Shown piece after piece: positions 9,783 to 20,667 of a stretch of DNA of 64,000 bases (position 1 is the stretch's first letter; each line of letters begins with the position of its first letter). Both the position numbers and the translations under genes were made by a program. The stretch covers positions 960,001 through 1,024,000 of the forward strand of contig CAXWPH010000015.1 of the NCBI GenBank assembly GCA_963666055.2, written 5' to 3'. The notes under the pieces were generated by a model, which was not told where the DNA came from, made no database searches, and saw only the letters and a list, made by a program, of their open reading frames with translations. Source of the stretch: Acidobacteriota bacterium (GTDB lineage Bacteria > Acidobacteriota > UBA890 > WLXD01).

Positions 9783-11181
9783 GCCCGACGCCGAGGCGCT
9801 GGCCGCGACGCGATCGATGTTGGTGGATCGCTTGCCGGTATTGCAACACCGCGGCACGGTGGAGAGCGTTGCGCTGCGCACCGAGTGTTCGGCGGCCCGC
9901 ATCGCCGATGCGTTGCATGATGAGCCGGGGTTCGTATGGCTCGACGGAGCCGGGGCGGGGCGTACCCTGTTGGCGATCGAACCGGTGGCGGTCCTGTCGG
10001 CGCAGGGCTCTTCGACGACGTTGCACTATGACGCCGAAAAAGCATGTCTGCCAGCCGACGCGTTCGGCGCTGTCGAAGCGTTGCTCAGCGTGCTTTCGAC
10101 GGGAACGCGCCTGTTCGGCTTCCTCGGTTACGAGCTCGCTGCGCTCCTGGAGGAGCTGCCGACTGTCCCGGGTGCGGATGCGGCAGTGCCGGACCTGTAC
10201 CTGGGCATTTATACCACCTGGCTCGAGGGGTGCGGCGAACAATGGCGCCTGATCGGTCAGGCTGTCGGTGGACGAATGGAGAGGCTGCAGGCGCGGGTCG
10301 AGGAGTGTCTCCGCGAGGTCACCGAGGTCGACAGCCGGGAGGGTGCGCCCGCGGCCCCGGCGAGCGTGTCGAGCGAGCCCGATGGGCCGGGCTTCGAAGC
10401 GGCCGTGCGGCGCACGTTGGAGCGGATTCGTGCCGGCGAGATCTTCGAGACCAACCTGTGCCGTCGTTTCGCGGCCCCGTGGTCGCTAGAGGACGCTTGG
10501 GCGCTGTACGGGCGGCTTCGAGCCGCCAGTCCGGCGGAGTACGGCGCCTACCTGCAGCTCCCCGACGCTGCGGTGCTGTCGATCAGCCCCGAGTGTTTTC
10601 TCAAGCTACGTGGCCGGGCGGTAGAGAGCCATCCCATCAAAGGTACGCGACCACGCGGTGATCCGAGCCAGGACGCTGCCGTGATCGCCACTCTGCAAGA
10701 CAGCGAGAAGGATGCCGCTGAGCTGGCCATGATCGTCGATCTGGTACGCAACGACCTGGGCCGAGTAAGCGTGCCGGGTAGCGTTGTCGTGCATGATTTC
10801 GCTGCTCCGATGGTGCTCCCCACCGTGATTCACATGGTGGCTCGTGTGGCGGCTCGGCTGCGACCTGACATCGGGCCCACAGACCTGCTACGGGCGACGT
10901 TCCCGCCCGGCTCGATTACCGGTGCCCCGAAGATTCAGGCGATGAAGGTATCGGCTGCCGAGGAGCCGAGTCGCCGCGGGCCGGCTATGGGGGCGATCGG
11001 GTGGATCGACGCCGACGGAGACATGGAACTTTCGGTGGCAATCCGCACCGCGGTCGTGACTGCAGATCGCGTCGATTACCATGCCGGCGCCGGCATCGTG
11101 GCGGACTCCGATCCACGGGCCGAGCGCGAGGAGACGATGGCGAAGGCGCAGGCTTTTCTACAGGCGTTGGGAGTTGGTTGA
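9769..11181 (+). CDS. pabB: Aminodeoxychorismate synthase component I
   Basis: SPECF, PIKGTRPR, KDAAELAMIVDLVRNDLGR, FPPGSITGAPK, SVAIRT; PIKGT is the PabB-type motif and a class IV lyase follows. Confidence 0.88.
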   Translation: MWSDRPDAEALAATRSMLVDRLPVLQHRGTVESVALRTECSAARIADALHDEPGFVWLDGAGAGRTLLAIEPVAVLSAQGSSTTLHYDAEKACLPADAFGAVEALLSVLSTGTRLFGFLGYELAALLEELPTVPGADAAVPDLYLGIYTTWLEGCGEQWRLIGQAVGGRMERLQARVEECLREVTEVDSREGAPAAPASVSSEPDGPGFEAAVRRTLERIRAGEIFETNLCRRFAAPWSLEDAWALYGRLRAASPAEYGAYLQLPDAAVLSISPECFLKLRGRAVESHPIKGTRPRGDPSQDAAVIATLQDSEKDAAELAMIVDLVRNDLGRVSVPGSVVVHDFAAPMVLPTVIHMVARVAARLRPDIGPTDLLRATFPPGSITGAPKIQAMKVSAAEEPSRRGPAMGAIGWIDADGDMELSVAIRTAVVTADRVDYHAGAGIVADSDPRAEREETMAKAQAFLQALGVG

Positions 11182-11995
11182 GCTTCGCACCTATCTCAAC
11201 GGTGCGCTGATCGTCGGCGCGCCGGCTCGCATCGAGTGCGACGACGCCGGTTTCCTGGTTGGCGACGGCCTCTTCGAGACGTTACGCGTCGATGGCCGCC
11301 AACCACTAGATGCTGAGGCACACCTGGACCGCTTGTTCGATGGCCTCGAGCGAATTCGGCTGTCGATTCCCGAGAGTCGCGATGAGCTGCGCGCTGCCAT
11401 CGACGCGGTGGCGGCGGCGGCGCCGCAGCCAGTTGCGCGGCTGCGAGTCACCGTGACGCGGGGTAGTCCCGATCTCGGTCCCACCCGGTTGGCGACGGCT
11501 GCCTCCTATTCTCCGCCGGCCGCCGCCGCATACGATGCAGGAGTGGCAGTGGTGGTGGTTCGGGAGCTTACGGTGGACGAACGGGACCCGCTTCGGCAGG
11601 TGAAGTCGATCTCGTCGCAGCGTCAGTCGATGGCGCTTGCGATGGCATCCGAACAGGGCGCGTTCGAGGCGATCCTGATCAATCGGCAAGGTCGAGTAGC
11701 TGAGGGAAGCAGGAGCAACGTGATCGCCCGAGTGGGGGGCCGCGTGCTGACGCCACCGCTCGACGAAGGCTGCCTGCCGGGTACCGTCCGACGACGCTTG
11801 CTCGAGAGCGGCTTGGTCGTCGAGGGTCGTTTGTCGGAAGCCGACTTGGTCGAAGCCGACGAGGTGACGCTGGCGAATAGCCTCATCGGAGCGATACCGG
11901 TAGGTGCCGTAGGACGACGGCAGCGCCCGGTCGGCGGCCTCGCCGAGCAACTCCGCGCCGTGCTGTCGGATTCCGGGTGGTCGGCGATCGAATGA
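11174..11995 (+). CDS. pabC: Aminodeoxychorismate lyase / class IV aminotransferase
   Basis: GDGLFETLR, HLDRL, EGSRSN, GCLPGTVR; follows pabA-pabB. Confidence 0.8.
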   Translation: MVELRTYLNGALIVGAPARIECDDAGFLVGDGLFETLRVDGRQPLDAEAHLDRLFDGLERIRLSIPESRDELRAAIDAVAAAAPQPVARLRVTVTRGSPDLGPTRLATAASYSPPAAAAYDAGVAVVVVRELTVDERDPLRQVKSISSQRQSMALAMASEQGAFEAILINRQGRVAEGSRSNVIARVGGRVLTPPLDEGCLPGTVRRRLLESGLVVEGRLSEADLVEADEVTLANSLIGAIPVGAVGRRQRPVGGLAEQLRAVLSDSGWSAIE

Positions 11996-14160
11996 TGCGC
12001 TCGCTCGGGGTGCTCGCGCTGGTGGCCGTTTCCATGGGTGCAGGCTCCGGCGACCTTCAGCAGGCCGGTGCAGGAGGCCAAGCGGACGGCGGCGACGTCG
12101 GCTGGCCGCCCCCGTTGCCGGCAGCGGTGGAAGCAGCGGCGCTGATCCTCGAGTCCGAGGACCGACGCTATGCTGCCGAAGGCCTCCTCGACCTGGCAGC
12201 ATCGCCGGATGTCGCGATGCGATCGCGGGCGGCTCTGGCTATTGGCCGGGTCGGTTCGCCACGCTTGCTGTCGCGCCTGATCGAGCTCACCCGCGATCCT
12301 GCAACAGTGGTTCGCGCTGCCGCCGCCTTCGCTCTCGGACGCCTGGAGTATGACCTCGCCGTGGACACGGAGGATGCTGAGCGTACACGCGCTCGTGACG
12401 CTCTACTGCGGTTGCTGGATGAGCCGGTCAGCTTGGTCGCCGAACAAGCTGCGTGGGCGCTGGGCATCGTCGACGGTGGTTCCGCGACAGCGGTGGCCGA
12501 CTGGTTACATCGCGCCGGCAACAGCACGTCGGAGACCCGCCCGAATCCGGCGGTGCTGGCGGCAATGCTCAACAGCTGGTGGCGCCTGGCCGGGGCTGAC
12601 GCGAATGCCATGCGGCCCTTCACGGGCTGGCCGGTCGCCGCCGTCCGTCTGGCGGCCGCGCACGCTCTCCGCCGCCTCACCGATCCCAACGCGATGCCGC
12701 AGTTGATGTCGCTGATCGATGACCCCGACACCGAGGTGCGCTTGATGGCAGTGCGCGGGCTGCACGGCGCTCCACAGCGTGTGGCGGAGTCCAACGCCGT
12801 CCGCTTGCTGGACACGCGTGACCGCCGCTTGCAGTGTGAAGCTCTGGCCTGGTTGGAAACGACCTGGGAGGTCGAGGGCAGCGCCCCCGGCGACGATGCG
12901 TTCGTGGCAGTCTTGCGACGCTCGCTCGATCGGGACCTGCACGTTCGCAGCTGTGCCCTGCGCGCCCTGGGGGTAACGATATTGAGCCGAGGCGTTGCTT
13001 CCGATCGTTTGCTCGAGGCATTGAATGAGGGAGAGGAGAGTGTTCGACTGGCGGCGATGCAAGCTCTGGTACGGGCCTCCGGCAAGCTCCTCGAGGAGGC
13101 GGTTTCCCGAACCCGCCGCCGGGTTGGAATTGAGGACGCAACCGACGCCGATGCGGCGGTGCTCGAATACCTCGATGAGTTTCGGCTCGAAGCAGTCTGG
13201 TTCGCGCGTGCCCTGTCGCGTTCGGACGACCATGCGGATCAGTCGCTCGCTGCGGCCCTGCTGCAATCCGGCCCGCAGCCAGTGCGCGCGGCGCTCTTGG
13301 CCGAGCTCGAGGATCGAGCCCCGGAGGAGGCCTATCAGCTGGCGTTCAACTTGGTTGACGGAGACCTCGAGGAGGAAGCGCTCGACCTGATCGCCCGCCA
13401 CCACAAGGCGGCCTTTTTCCACGACGATCCGGAGCTGCAGGCGGAGATGGCCGGTCGGTTGTGGCGCCGCTACTTCGATCAGCGCGGCTCGGAGAGTCGC
13501 GGGCCGCGGCTGGCTGCGCTGCGTGCCCTGTCAGCGGTATGGCGGGAGTTGTTGCTGCGGCGTCTTTCGCTCATTCGCGATGAGCCTGATCGTTTCGTTC
13601 GACTCGCGGCCCTCGACGACCTAGGTCGTGGCTCCGAGACGCAGAGCGTGCGGCGGGACATCGAGGCGCTGCTGGCACCGCATGCTACCGGTCGCGACCG
13701 CGGCATCTACGTCGAGTTGGCGGAACGTGTGCTCAGGTTGCAGTCGCAGGATACCCGACTGCGCCTTCAGACCGACCGCGGCGAGGTGGTGATTGAACTG
13801 CGTCCGGACTGGGCTCCGCTGAGTGTCGTCCAGCTGATCGACTTGACGGTGGCCGGGTTCTTCGACGGCAGTCGGTTTCATCGAGTGATCGCGGGGTTCG
13901 TGACGCAAGGTGGCGCCTCGCCCGAGGGAGTGCTGGCGCCGGCGCTACGCAACGAAGACTCGCCCATTGGGTACGTGCGTGGCAGCGTCGGGCTGGCGCA
14001 CACAGGCCGAGATAGCGCACGCTCGCAGTTCTTCGTCACGCATTCCGCGCAGCCCCACCTGACCGGCGAGTTCTCGATGATCGGCCGAGTGGTCGATGGG
14101 CAGCGCGCGATCGAGCTCACTCAGCCCGGTGATCGAATGTGGGTCGCGCTCGACGAGTGA
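11992..14160 (+). CDS. Exported HEAT-repeat protein with C-terminal cyclophilin-type peptidyl-prolyl isomerase domain
   Basis: Signal peptide; repeated VRxAAAxALG units; FFDGSRFHRVIAGFVTQGG, SQFFVTH. Confidence 0.85.
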   Translation: MMRSLGVLALVAVSMGAGSGDLQQAGAGGQADGGDVGWPPPLPAAVEAAALILESEDRRYAAEGLLDLAASPDVAMRSRAALAIGRVGSPRLLSRLIELTRDPATVVRAAAAFALGRLEYDLAVDTEDAERTRARDALLRLLDEPVSLVAEQAAWALGIVDGGSATAVADWLHRAGNSTSETRPNPAVLAAMLNSWWRLAGADANAMRPFTGWPVAAVRLAAAHALRRLTDPNAMPQLMSLIDDPDTEVRLMAVRGLHGAPQRVAESNAVRLLDTRDRRLQCEALAWLETTWEVEGSAPGDDAFVAVLRRSLDRDLHVRSCALRALGVTILSRGVASDRLLEALNEGEESVRLAAMQALVRASGKLLEEAVSRTRRRVGIEDATDADAAVLEYLDEFRLEAVWFARALSRSDDHADQSLAAALLQSGPQPVRAALLAELEDRAPEEAYQLAFNLVDGDLEEEALDLIARHHKAAFFHDDPELQAEMAGRLWRRYFDQRGSESRGPRLAALRALSAVWRELLLRRLSLIRDEPDRFVRLAALDDLGRGSETQSVRRDIEALLAPHATGRDRGIYVELAERVLRLQSQDTRLRLQTDRGEVVIELRPDWAPLSVVQLIDLTVAGFFDGSRFHRVIAGFVTQGGASPEGVLAPALRNEDSPIGYVRGSVGLAHTGRDSARSQFFVTHSAQPHLTGEFSMIGRVVDGQRAIELTQPGDRMWVALDE

Positions 14161-14167
14161 TGGAGAC

Positions 14168-14809
14168 ATGGGGGGCATGATCCTCGACCCGGTGACGACG
14201 CTCACCGACTATTTGCTCGCGGTGCTCGCGGCATGGTTGGGGGCGCGGCTGCTGAAGCGATCGTCTGGGTCGCGGGCGCGGACATTGTTCGCCACCAGCT
14301 TCTGGAGCATCGGGCTCGCCGCGTTCGCGGGAGGCACTTGGCACGGATTCGGATCGTATCTCGGAGATGGAGCCAGCATCTTTCTTTGGAAGATCACTGT
14401 CCTGGCCATCGGCGCCACCGTGTTCCTGTTTCTGGCCGCCAGCGCCTATGCGTCGTTGCGGGCCCGGGCGCGGCGGATTCTGCTGATGATGGCAATCGTC
14501 CAGCTCGTCGCGTACGCGGCCTGGATGGTGCGGCACGATGCCTTCATCTGGGTCATTGCCAACTACCTTCCTCAGATAGCCGCCGTGATGGTGCTACAGC
14601 TGGTTCAGATGTACCGCGGCGCGGCAGGAGCTGGGTGGCTGGTCGTGGGGCTCCTGGTGACCCTGGCCGCCGCTGCGATACAGGCTAGCGGCGTTGCCCT
14701 GCACCGGCATTTTAATCACAACGACCTGTACCATGTGGTTCAAATGGCGGGCATGGTGCTGCTGTATCGCGGTGCCTTGCTGATCCGTGACTACGATGGC
14801 TCACCGTAG
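14168..14809 (+). CDS. Integral membrane protein (DUF6962-like)
   Basis: PVTTLTDY, GGTWHG, FNHNDLYHVVQM; about 7 TM segments. Confidence 0.7.
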   Translation: MGGMILDPVTTLTDYLLAVLAAWLGARLLKRSSGSRARTLFATSFWSIGLAAFAGGTWHGFGSYLGDGASIFLWKITVLAIGATVFLFLAASAYASLRARARRILLMMAIVQLVAYAAWMVRHDAFIWVIANYLPQIAAVMVLQLVQMYRGAAGAGWLVVGLLVTLAAAAIQASGVALHRHFNHNDLYHVVQMAGMVLLYRGALLIRDYDGSP

Positions 14810-14822
14810 ACTTGGGCGTAGG

Positions 14823-15521
14823 ATGCAGATCCTGGCGGGAACGAGCGGGTTCTCATACAAGGCGTGGAAGGGGAACTTCTATCCTGCTGATCTTCCGGAC
14901 GCGCGAATGTTGGAGTACTACGCCGGACAATTGCCGAGCGTGGAGATCAACAACACCTTCTATCGCATGCCGTCGGCGAAGATGGTGACGAAATGGCTGC
15001 AGGTTGTGCCCGAGGAGTTCCGCTTCGTGCTCAAGGCGACGCGTCGGATCTCGCACTTCTCCAGACTGCGGGCCGACGACGAGCTGCTCGAGTATCTCTT
15101 CGGTGTCACCGCAGAGCTCGGCGAGCGCCTCGGTGCACACCTCGTTCAGATGCCGCCGTACGCCAGGCAGGATATCGAGGCGCTGCGCGCCTTCCTGGAG
15201 CGCGTGCCGGAGGGTGACCGCGTCGCATTCGAGTTTCGCCACGAGTCCTGGTTCGACGACAACGTGTACGAAACGCTGCGCGAGTTTGACTCGGCACTCG
15301 TGGTCGCCGACGGCGGGAAGATTGAGGTGCCGCTGGTGGCTACCGCGAGCTGGGGATACCTGAGGCTCCGTCGCAACGACTACGACGATGCCGCTCTGGA
15401 CGAGTGGCGCGACCGCATTCGAGACCTTCGCTGGACGGAGACCTTCGTGTTCTTCAAGCACGAAGACGATGGCGCCGGACCGCGCATGGCGCGCGCGATG
15501 CTCGGCGCTGCAGGCCACTAG
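14823..15521 (+). CDS. DUF72 family protein
   Basis: GTSGFSYKAWKGNFYP, VEINNTFYRMP, FEFRHESW. Confidence 0.92.
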   Translation: MQILAGTSGFSYKAWKGNFYPADLPDARMLEYYAGQLPSVEINNTFYRMPSAKMVTKWLQVVPEEFRFVLKATRRISHFSRLRADDELLEYLFGVTAELGERLGAHLVQMPPYARQDIEALRAFLERVPEGDRVAFEFRHESWFDDNVYETLREFDSALVVADGGKIEVPLVATASWGYLRLRRNDYDDAALDEWRDRIRDLRWTETFVFFKHEDDGAGPRMARAMLGAAGH

Positions 15522-16192
15522 TCATCCGGCGGTCGGCTGACCAGCGGCACGAAGCGCACCGGGGCGACGCCGTGTCGAACGAGATATCCCGAGCGGTCTT
15601 TTTGCAGCCGTACGAGCTCCTGTGTGGCCTCGACCGCGCCCACGGGTACCACCAGGTTGCCGGCGCCGACCTGCTCGATGAGGGCTTCGGGTACTACGGT
15701 GGGAGCTGCGGTGACAATCAGCCCATCGTAGGGGGCGTGCTCAGGCCATCCGAGGGTTCCGTCGCCGACGAGCTGGTGCACGCTCCGGTAACCGAGCCGC
15801 GACAGAACATCGGCCGCTCGATCGGCGAGCTCTTCGATGATCTCGACCGTGTAGACCTCGCACCCGAGCTCCGCGAGCACTGCCGTCTGGTAGCCGCTGC
15901 CGGTACCGACCTCGAGGATGCGGGCGCCAGGTGAAGCGTCGAGCAGCTCGGTCATCAGCGCAACGATGTATGGCTGCGAGATCGTTTGCCCGTGCCCGAG
16001 CGGCAGTGGGAAGTTGCCGTACGCCTCGTGCCTAAGGTGCGACTGCACGAACTCATGGCGTGGAACCCGGGCGATCGCTTCGAGGGTGCGGCGATCCTTG
16101 ATGCCCTGCGTGCGTAGTGTGTCGATAAGCCGGCCGCGAGCGCGTTCGAAGTCAACCTCCCCGGGACGGACGTCAGCAATATCGTCGATCAT
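15518..16192 (-). CDS. pcm: Protein-L-isoaspartate O-methyltransferase
   Basis: VPRHEFV, GQTISQPYIVALM, LEVGTGSGYQTA, GDGTLGWPEHAPYD. Confidence 0.95.
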   Translation of the reverse strand: MIDDIADVRPGEVDFERARGRLIDTLRTQGIKDRRTLEAIARVPRHEFVQSHLRHEAYGNFPLPLGHGQTISQPYIVALMTELLDASPGARILEVGTGSGYQTAVLAELGCEVYTVEIIEELADRAADVLSRLGYRSVHQLVGDGTLGWPEHAPYDGLIVTAAPTVVPEALIEQVGAGNLVVPVGAVEATQELVRLQKDRSGYLVRHGVAPVRFVPLVSRPPDD

Positions 16193-16282
16193 AGTCGCCT
16201 TGCCGAGCATAATTGTCGTCGACGGCTGAACGTCGACGATACTCAACGACATACGGCATCCCCGATTCCATGGAGCGCTCCG

Positions 16283-16840
16283 ATGGTCACCGTATCCCGC
16301 TTGTTTGCCCTCAGCCTGATCTCGCTGCCGCTCGTCTTGTCGTATACCGAGCTACCCAACCGTGCACAGGAATCAGCAGCGATGATGCAGCTGAGGCAGG
16401 AGGTCAACAATCTCCGGTTCCGCCTCGACTACGAGACCAGCCGCCTGCAGCGGATGATCGACGATCTGCAGCGGCAGGTGCGTCAACGCGTACAGCCCCT
16501 CGCCTCTATTGCACCGTTGCCGGCGCCCAGGCCGGTGCCGTTCGAGGTGAGCGCCACGAGTGCTCAACGACTGCGCGTCAACGACGCTGCGGGTCGCCCA
16601 CGTGGCGCGATCACGGTGAGCGATCGATTCGGTCCGATGGTGGCTCTGATGGGCCCGTCCGGCGACGTCGAAGCGATGCTGAGCGTGCCATCCTCGGGGC
16701 CACGGTTGGAGCTGTTCGATCGTGCCGGTCGCCCCCGGATCGTATTGGCCTTGGACGACGGAACCCCGGAGCTGCGATTGCTGGGCGAGGACGGCGCGAT
16801 CGTGGGACGCCTCGGTGCAGCGACTCCAGGCGCCGAGTAA
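16283..16840 (+). CDS. Hypothetical exported protein (coiled coil plus beta-rich repeats)
   Basis: N-terminal hydrophobic segment; repeated P-x-L-x-L-x-D-x-x-G units. Confidence 0.55.
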   Translation: MVTVSRLFALSLISLPLVLSYTELPNRAQESAAMMQLRQEVNNLRFRLDYETSRLQRMIDDLQRQVRQRVQPLASIAPLPAPRPVPFEVSATSAQRLRVNDAAGRPRGAITVSDRFGPMVALMGPSGDVEAMLSVPSSGPRLELFDRAGRPRIVLALDDGTPELRLLGEDGAIVGRLGAATPGAE

Positions 16841-17121
16841 CCCAGAGCTCGTCGGCGGCAAATGCCGAGTTGTAGCCGCACTCGTCGTCACACAAGCGAG
16901 ATACGGCGCCGAGAGGTGCCGCGCAGGTTCCGCGTAGGTGCGAGAATGACCCCGACGCCAAATCGGGCAAGTTGATCATGACTGAGCAGCACACCAATCC
17001 CACCGCCGCTTCGCTCGGCAGCCGTGCGCCTGCGGATCGGTGTAAGCACAAATTCTGACCAGAGACCGGACTGCTGGAAGCAGTCGCGTCAGGGGACCCG
17101 GCGACAGGTGTAATCCTGCAC

Positions 17122-18633
17122 ATGTTGCTGCGACCTCTCGCAGTAATCATGTTGGGTGGGACAACGGTGTTCCTGTTGCGCGATCTCTTCCTCAATCCGG
17201 CAGGTGTGGGGGTGGTCCGCATCGGCACCATTGCGTTCGTCGCCGTGGCCACGATCCTGTTGTTTGCTGCGGGCGATCTTTCGCTAGGCCGCTTGCGCGC
17301 GCTAGAGATCGTGCTGTTCGTCTCCGTGAGCGTTCACATTCTGGTACTCGATCATGGCCTGTTGTTGCAGGAGGCTGCGGCCGGTGACGCTGGGCTGGTG
17401 CTGTCGCGATGGAACCTGACGGCCCTTTCGTTTGTGTTGTTGATGGCGACCTACGCGATCTTCGTTCCCAACACGTGGGCTCGCGCTGCCGCCGTCATCG
17501 TGCCGCTGGGGGCAGCGCCGATCGCGCTCGGAGTGCTGGTGCGCGCTCGGCATCCGGAAGTGGAGTTGCTCACACGGTCGGTGTTGACTGCCTCCAAGAT
17601 CACCGACGTGGTGTTCTTGCTGTCGATTGCTGTGATCGTATCGATTCTGGGCGTGATACTCATCGATCGCTTCCGGTCGGTGGCCATCGACGCGCGGTCG
17701 GCGAACGTCTACGACCTTCAGGAGCGCATCGGTCAGGGCGGCATGGGTGAGGTGTGGTTGGCTCAGCATCAGACGCTGGCCCGGCCGGCCGCCATCAAGA
17801 TCATTCGTCCCGATCTTTTGGGCGGCGGCGCCAAGGATTCGACGAGGATGGTGACCCGTCGTTTCGAGCGCGAGGCGCGGGCAACGGCAGGTCTTCGATC
17901 TCCCAACACCGTCGAGATCTACGACTTCGGCGTTACCAACCAAGGCGTCTTCTACTACGTGATGGAGTATCTGGAGGGTCTCAATCTGGAGACCCTGGTC
18001 AAGCGCTTCGGGCCGTTGCCGCCGGCGCGCGCTATCTACCTGTTGCGACAGGCGTGTGCATCGTTGGCCGAGGCTCATACCCGGGGCCTGGTGCATCGCG
18101 ATATCAAGCCGGCGAACATCCACGCTTGTCGCCTGGGCGGCGAGCACGATTTCGTAAAGGTCCTCGATTTCGGCCTCGTGAAGGAGCAGGGAACCCACGG
18201 AGATACCCAGCTGACTGTCGACGGGTTGACCACTGGAACCCCGGCCTACATGCCGCCCGAGCTGGCGATGCAGGCTGAGCTGATCGGTCCCGCTACCGAC
18301 GTCTACGCCCTCGGGTGTGTCGCCTACTGGCTCGTAACAGGCAAGTTGGTCTTCGATCAGCCCACCCCCATGGCGATGGTGGTCGATCACGTCAAGACGC
18401 AGCCCGCGGCACCCTCGACTCGTACCGAGCTGTTGATTCCCGCATCGCTCGATGCAGCGATTCTCAAGTGTCTCGAAAAGAACCCCGCCGACCGATTCGC
18501 GACCATGCGCGAGTTATCCGCGGCGTTATCCGACGTGCCGCTCGAGGGTACGCGCTGGGGCCCGAGCGAAGCGGAGGATTGGTGGTCCCTGCACCAACCA
18601 GTGGCGTTGGGGGAGCTTCCCAAGGCGTCGTAG
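17122..18633 (+). CDS. Membrane-anchored Hanks-type Ser/Thr protein kinase
   Basis: N-terminal TM helices; GQGGMGEV, AAIK, HRDIKPAN, DFG, GTPAYMPPE, DVYALG. Confidence 0.93.
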   Translation: MLLRPLAVIMLGGTTVFLLRDLFLNPAGVGVVRIGTIAFVAVATILLFAAGDLSLGRLRALEIVLFVSVSVHILVLDHGLLLQEAAAGDAGLVLSRWNLTALSFVLLMATYAIFVPNTWARAAAVIVPLGAAPIALGVLVRARHPEVELLTRSVLTASKITDVVFLLSIAVIVSILGVILIDRFRSVAIDARSANVYDLQERIGQGGMGEVWLAQHQTLARPAAIKIIRPDLLGGGAKDSTRMVTRRFEREARATAGLRSPNTVEIYDFGVTNQGVFYYVMEYLEGLNLETLVKRFGPLPPARAIYLLRQACASLAEAHTRGLVHRDIKPANIHACRLGGEHDFVKVLDFGLVKEQGTHGDTQLTVDGLTTGTPAYMPPELAMQAELIGPATDVYALGCVAYWLVTGKLVFDQPTPMAMVVDHVKTQPAAPSTRTELLIPASLDAAILKCLEKNPADRFATMRELSAALSDVPLEGTRWGPSEAEDWWSLHQPVALGELPKAS

Positions 18634-18686
18634 CGGGATTCCTCGACGGGAAGGGTGCGTGCGGCCAGCGGTATGGCCGGGGCCGG

Positions 18687-19262
18687 TCAGGCTGCTGTGG
18701 GCAACTCCGACGCCGGCATCAGATCGGGGGATTGCGCGACCGCCGGGACACCGTGATCGGGCGTTGCCGCTCGCCCGGGCTGCACCGGATCGAACCGCAC
18801 CCGCAGGTCGCCTGCAAGCCATGCGAAGTGATGCAGGAACACCATCCACAACAGCGTCATCCCGAACATCTCGGTGCATTCCTCGATCGATTTCGAGAAG
18901 TGCCGCAGCATGTCATAGGCGCTGACGTCAAATGTTCGTGCCGCCCAGTACTCCAGGTGCCAGCGCTGTGTGATCGCCGAATAGGGGTTGAGCGCGTGAG
19001 TCGGCGCCAGTCCTTCGAAGAAGTCCAACACCACGGCACCGGCCAGGCAGCTCAGGGCGACGAACACCGTCGCCTTCGGTTTCCATCCGCGCAGCTGCTT
19101 GAGCAGGAAGCCGAACATGAAGAATCCCATCGCTGCGAACAGCGGCATGAAGACGATCTGCCAGCAGTAGCTGGGGAACATCTCCAACGTCCAGGCGCCT
19201 AGCGCGAAGCCGTCGCCGGCCTCGTGATAGGCGGTGCCGAGACGCTCGTGAATGTGCGCGGT
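18687..19262 (-). pseudogene. 5'-truncated membrane protein fragment
   Basis: Frame extends upstream of 19187 as AHIHERLGTAYHEAG without a convincing start codon; IHERLG and IEECTEMFG motifs suggest the C-terminal part of a larger membrane protein. Confidence 0.5.
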
Positions 19263-19584
19263 CGAATGTCGTCGCCTTGTGCTTCATGGGCTTCGCCTTC
19301 GGAAGCGGGAGGAGGTACCGCGCTTGGTCAGATAGCCGATGAAAACCGTTATAACAGGATTTGGGAGTCCTTAAAACATAGAAATAGTTAATTATAAATG
19401 TTTAAACTCTGTATTGATGCCTTCTGCGCATTATCGGTAACTGTTGGTTTCATCCCACGCACCCGGTTGGCCACCCTCGGCCGCTGTCGGCAACTGCTCG
19501 AGGGCGACTCCCGATACCTCCGTATCAGGGGACGGAGGGGGCGGCGGCCACGGCGAGGCGCAGGATCGGGGCGTGCGGGTCGGC

Positions 19585-20541
19585 CTATCCGGATATCTCG
19601 AGCTGGATCTTCAGCGTTCCGCGGCGCGCCGCGTGCTCGAGCGCGACTAGCCCCCGCTCGAGGGGGTAGGTTGCATCCAACAGCGGCGCGAGCGCTACGC
19701 GGCCGCTGGCAAGAGCCTCGATCGCCGGCTTGAAGGCGCCGCACCGTGAGCCGACGATGCGGATCTCGTCCACCACCAGCGAAGATGTATCGATGTCGAT
19801 CCGACCGGCATAGGTACTCTTGAGCACCAGCGTGCCTCCCGCCCGCAGCGCCGATCGCGCCGCCTCGAAGCCCTCAGGTACGCCGCTGCAATCGACAGCA
19901 ACGTCGAACTCGTTGCCGACGGCACTGGCGTCGGTCGACGTCGCGATCCCCAGGCCCGCCAGTAGCGCCAGCTTGCGCTGATGACGGCCCAGAACAGTGA
20001 CACGTGCGCCGCTTGGCGCGAGCGCGCGAGCCACGAGCTGGCCGAGCTTACCGTCCCCGACCACCAAGACACCGTCGGACTTCTTGATCCCAGCCTGCTC
20101 GGCGGCATGCTGCGCCGCCGCCAGCGGCTCGGTGAACGCCGCTTCGCGATCGCTGACCGAGTCAGGCACAACGTGGAGGTTGCGAACTGGCAACACCGTG
20201 TACTCGGCGAAGGCGCCGTCAAGGCCCCGGATGCCAAGCACCCTCCTTTGCACGCAGTGTTTCGGGTCGCCGGCCACGCAGCGTGAACAGTTGCGACAAT
20301 CAACGTTGATCTCACCCACCACGCGCCGACCCGCAAACTCTGGCGATCCGTCGACTACCTCGCCTACGAACTCGTGACCCAGCACCCCTCGGAACGGCGC
20401 GTATCCACGCATCATCTCGAGGTCCGTGTTGCAGATGCCGGCGCGTCGGACTCGGATCAGCGCTTCGCCGGGCTCCGGGCAGGGGCGTGGAAGGTCGTCG
20501 CGTAGCCGCACTTCGCCATCGTGCATCCACAGGCCTCGCAT
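19585..20541 (-). CDS. Zinc-dependent alcohol dehydrogenase (MDR family)
   Basis: GICNTD, GHEFVG, CxxCxxC(x7)C structural zinc, GDGKLG, GSRCG. Confidence 0.92.
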   Translation of the reverse strand: MRGLWMHDGEVRLRDDLPRPCPEPGEALIRVRRAGICNTDLEMMRGYAPFRGVLGHEFVGEVVDGSPEFAGRRVVGEINVDCRNCSRCVAGDPKHCVQRRVLGIRGLDGAFAEYTVLPVRNLHVVPDSVSDREAAFTEPLAAAQHAAEQAGIKKSDGVLVVGDGKLGQLVARALAPSGARVTVLGRHQRKLALLAGLGIATSTDASAVGNEFDVAVDCSGVPEGFEAARSALRAGGTLVLKSTYAGRIDIDTSSLVVDEIRIVGSRCGAFKPAIEALASGRVALAPLLDATYPLERGLVALEHAARRGTLKIQLEISG

Positions 20542-20667
20542 GATGCTGTCTCCTGCCGTCTTGTCGTGAGTCGGAACCGACCCGGCGTATGCGGCTACGA
20601 GACCGGCGCGGTTCACCCGCATGCGTGGGCGGTCCATTAGCCAGGGGATAGATCCAACAGAGGGTGC

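Noticed and set aside
16978-17121. In-frame ATG...TGA (17056) upstream of the kinase as a third Sec readthrough
   Set aside because: No redox motif or Cys-equivalent context and no convincing hairpin
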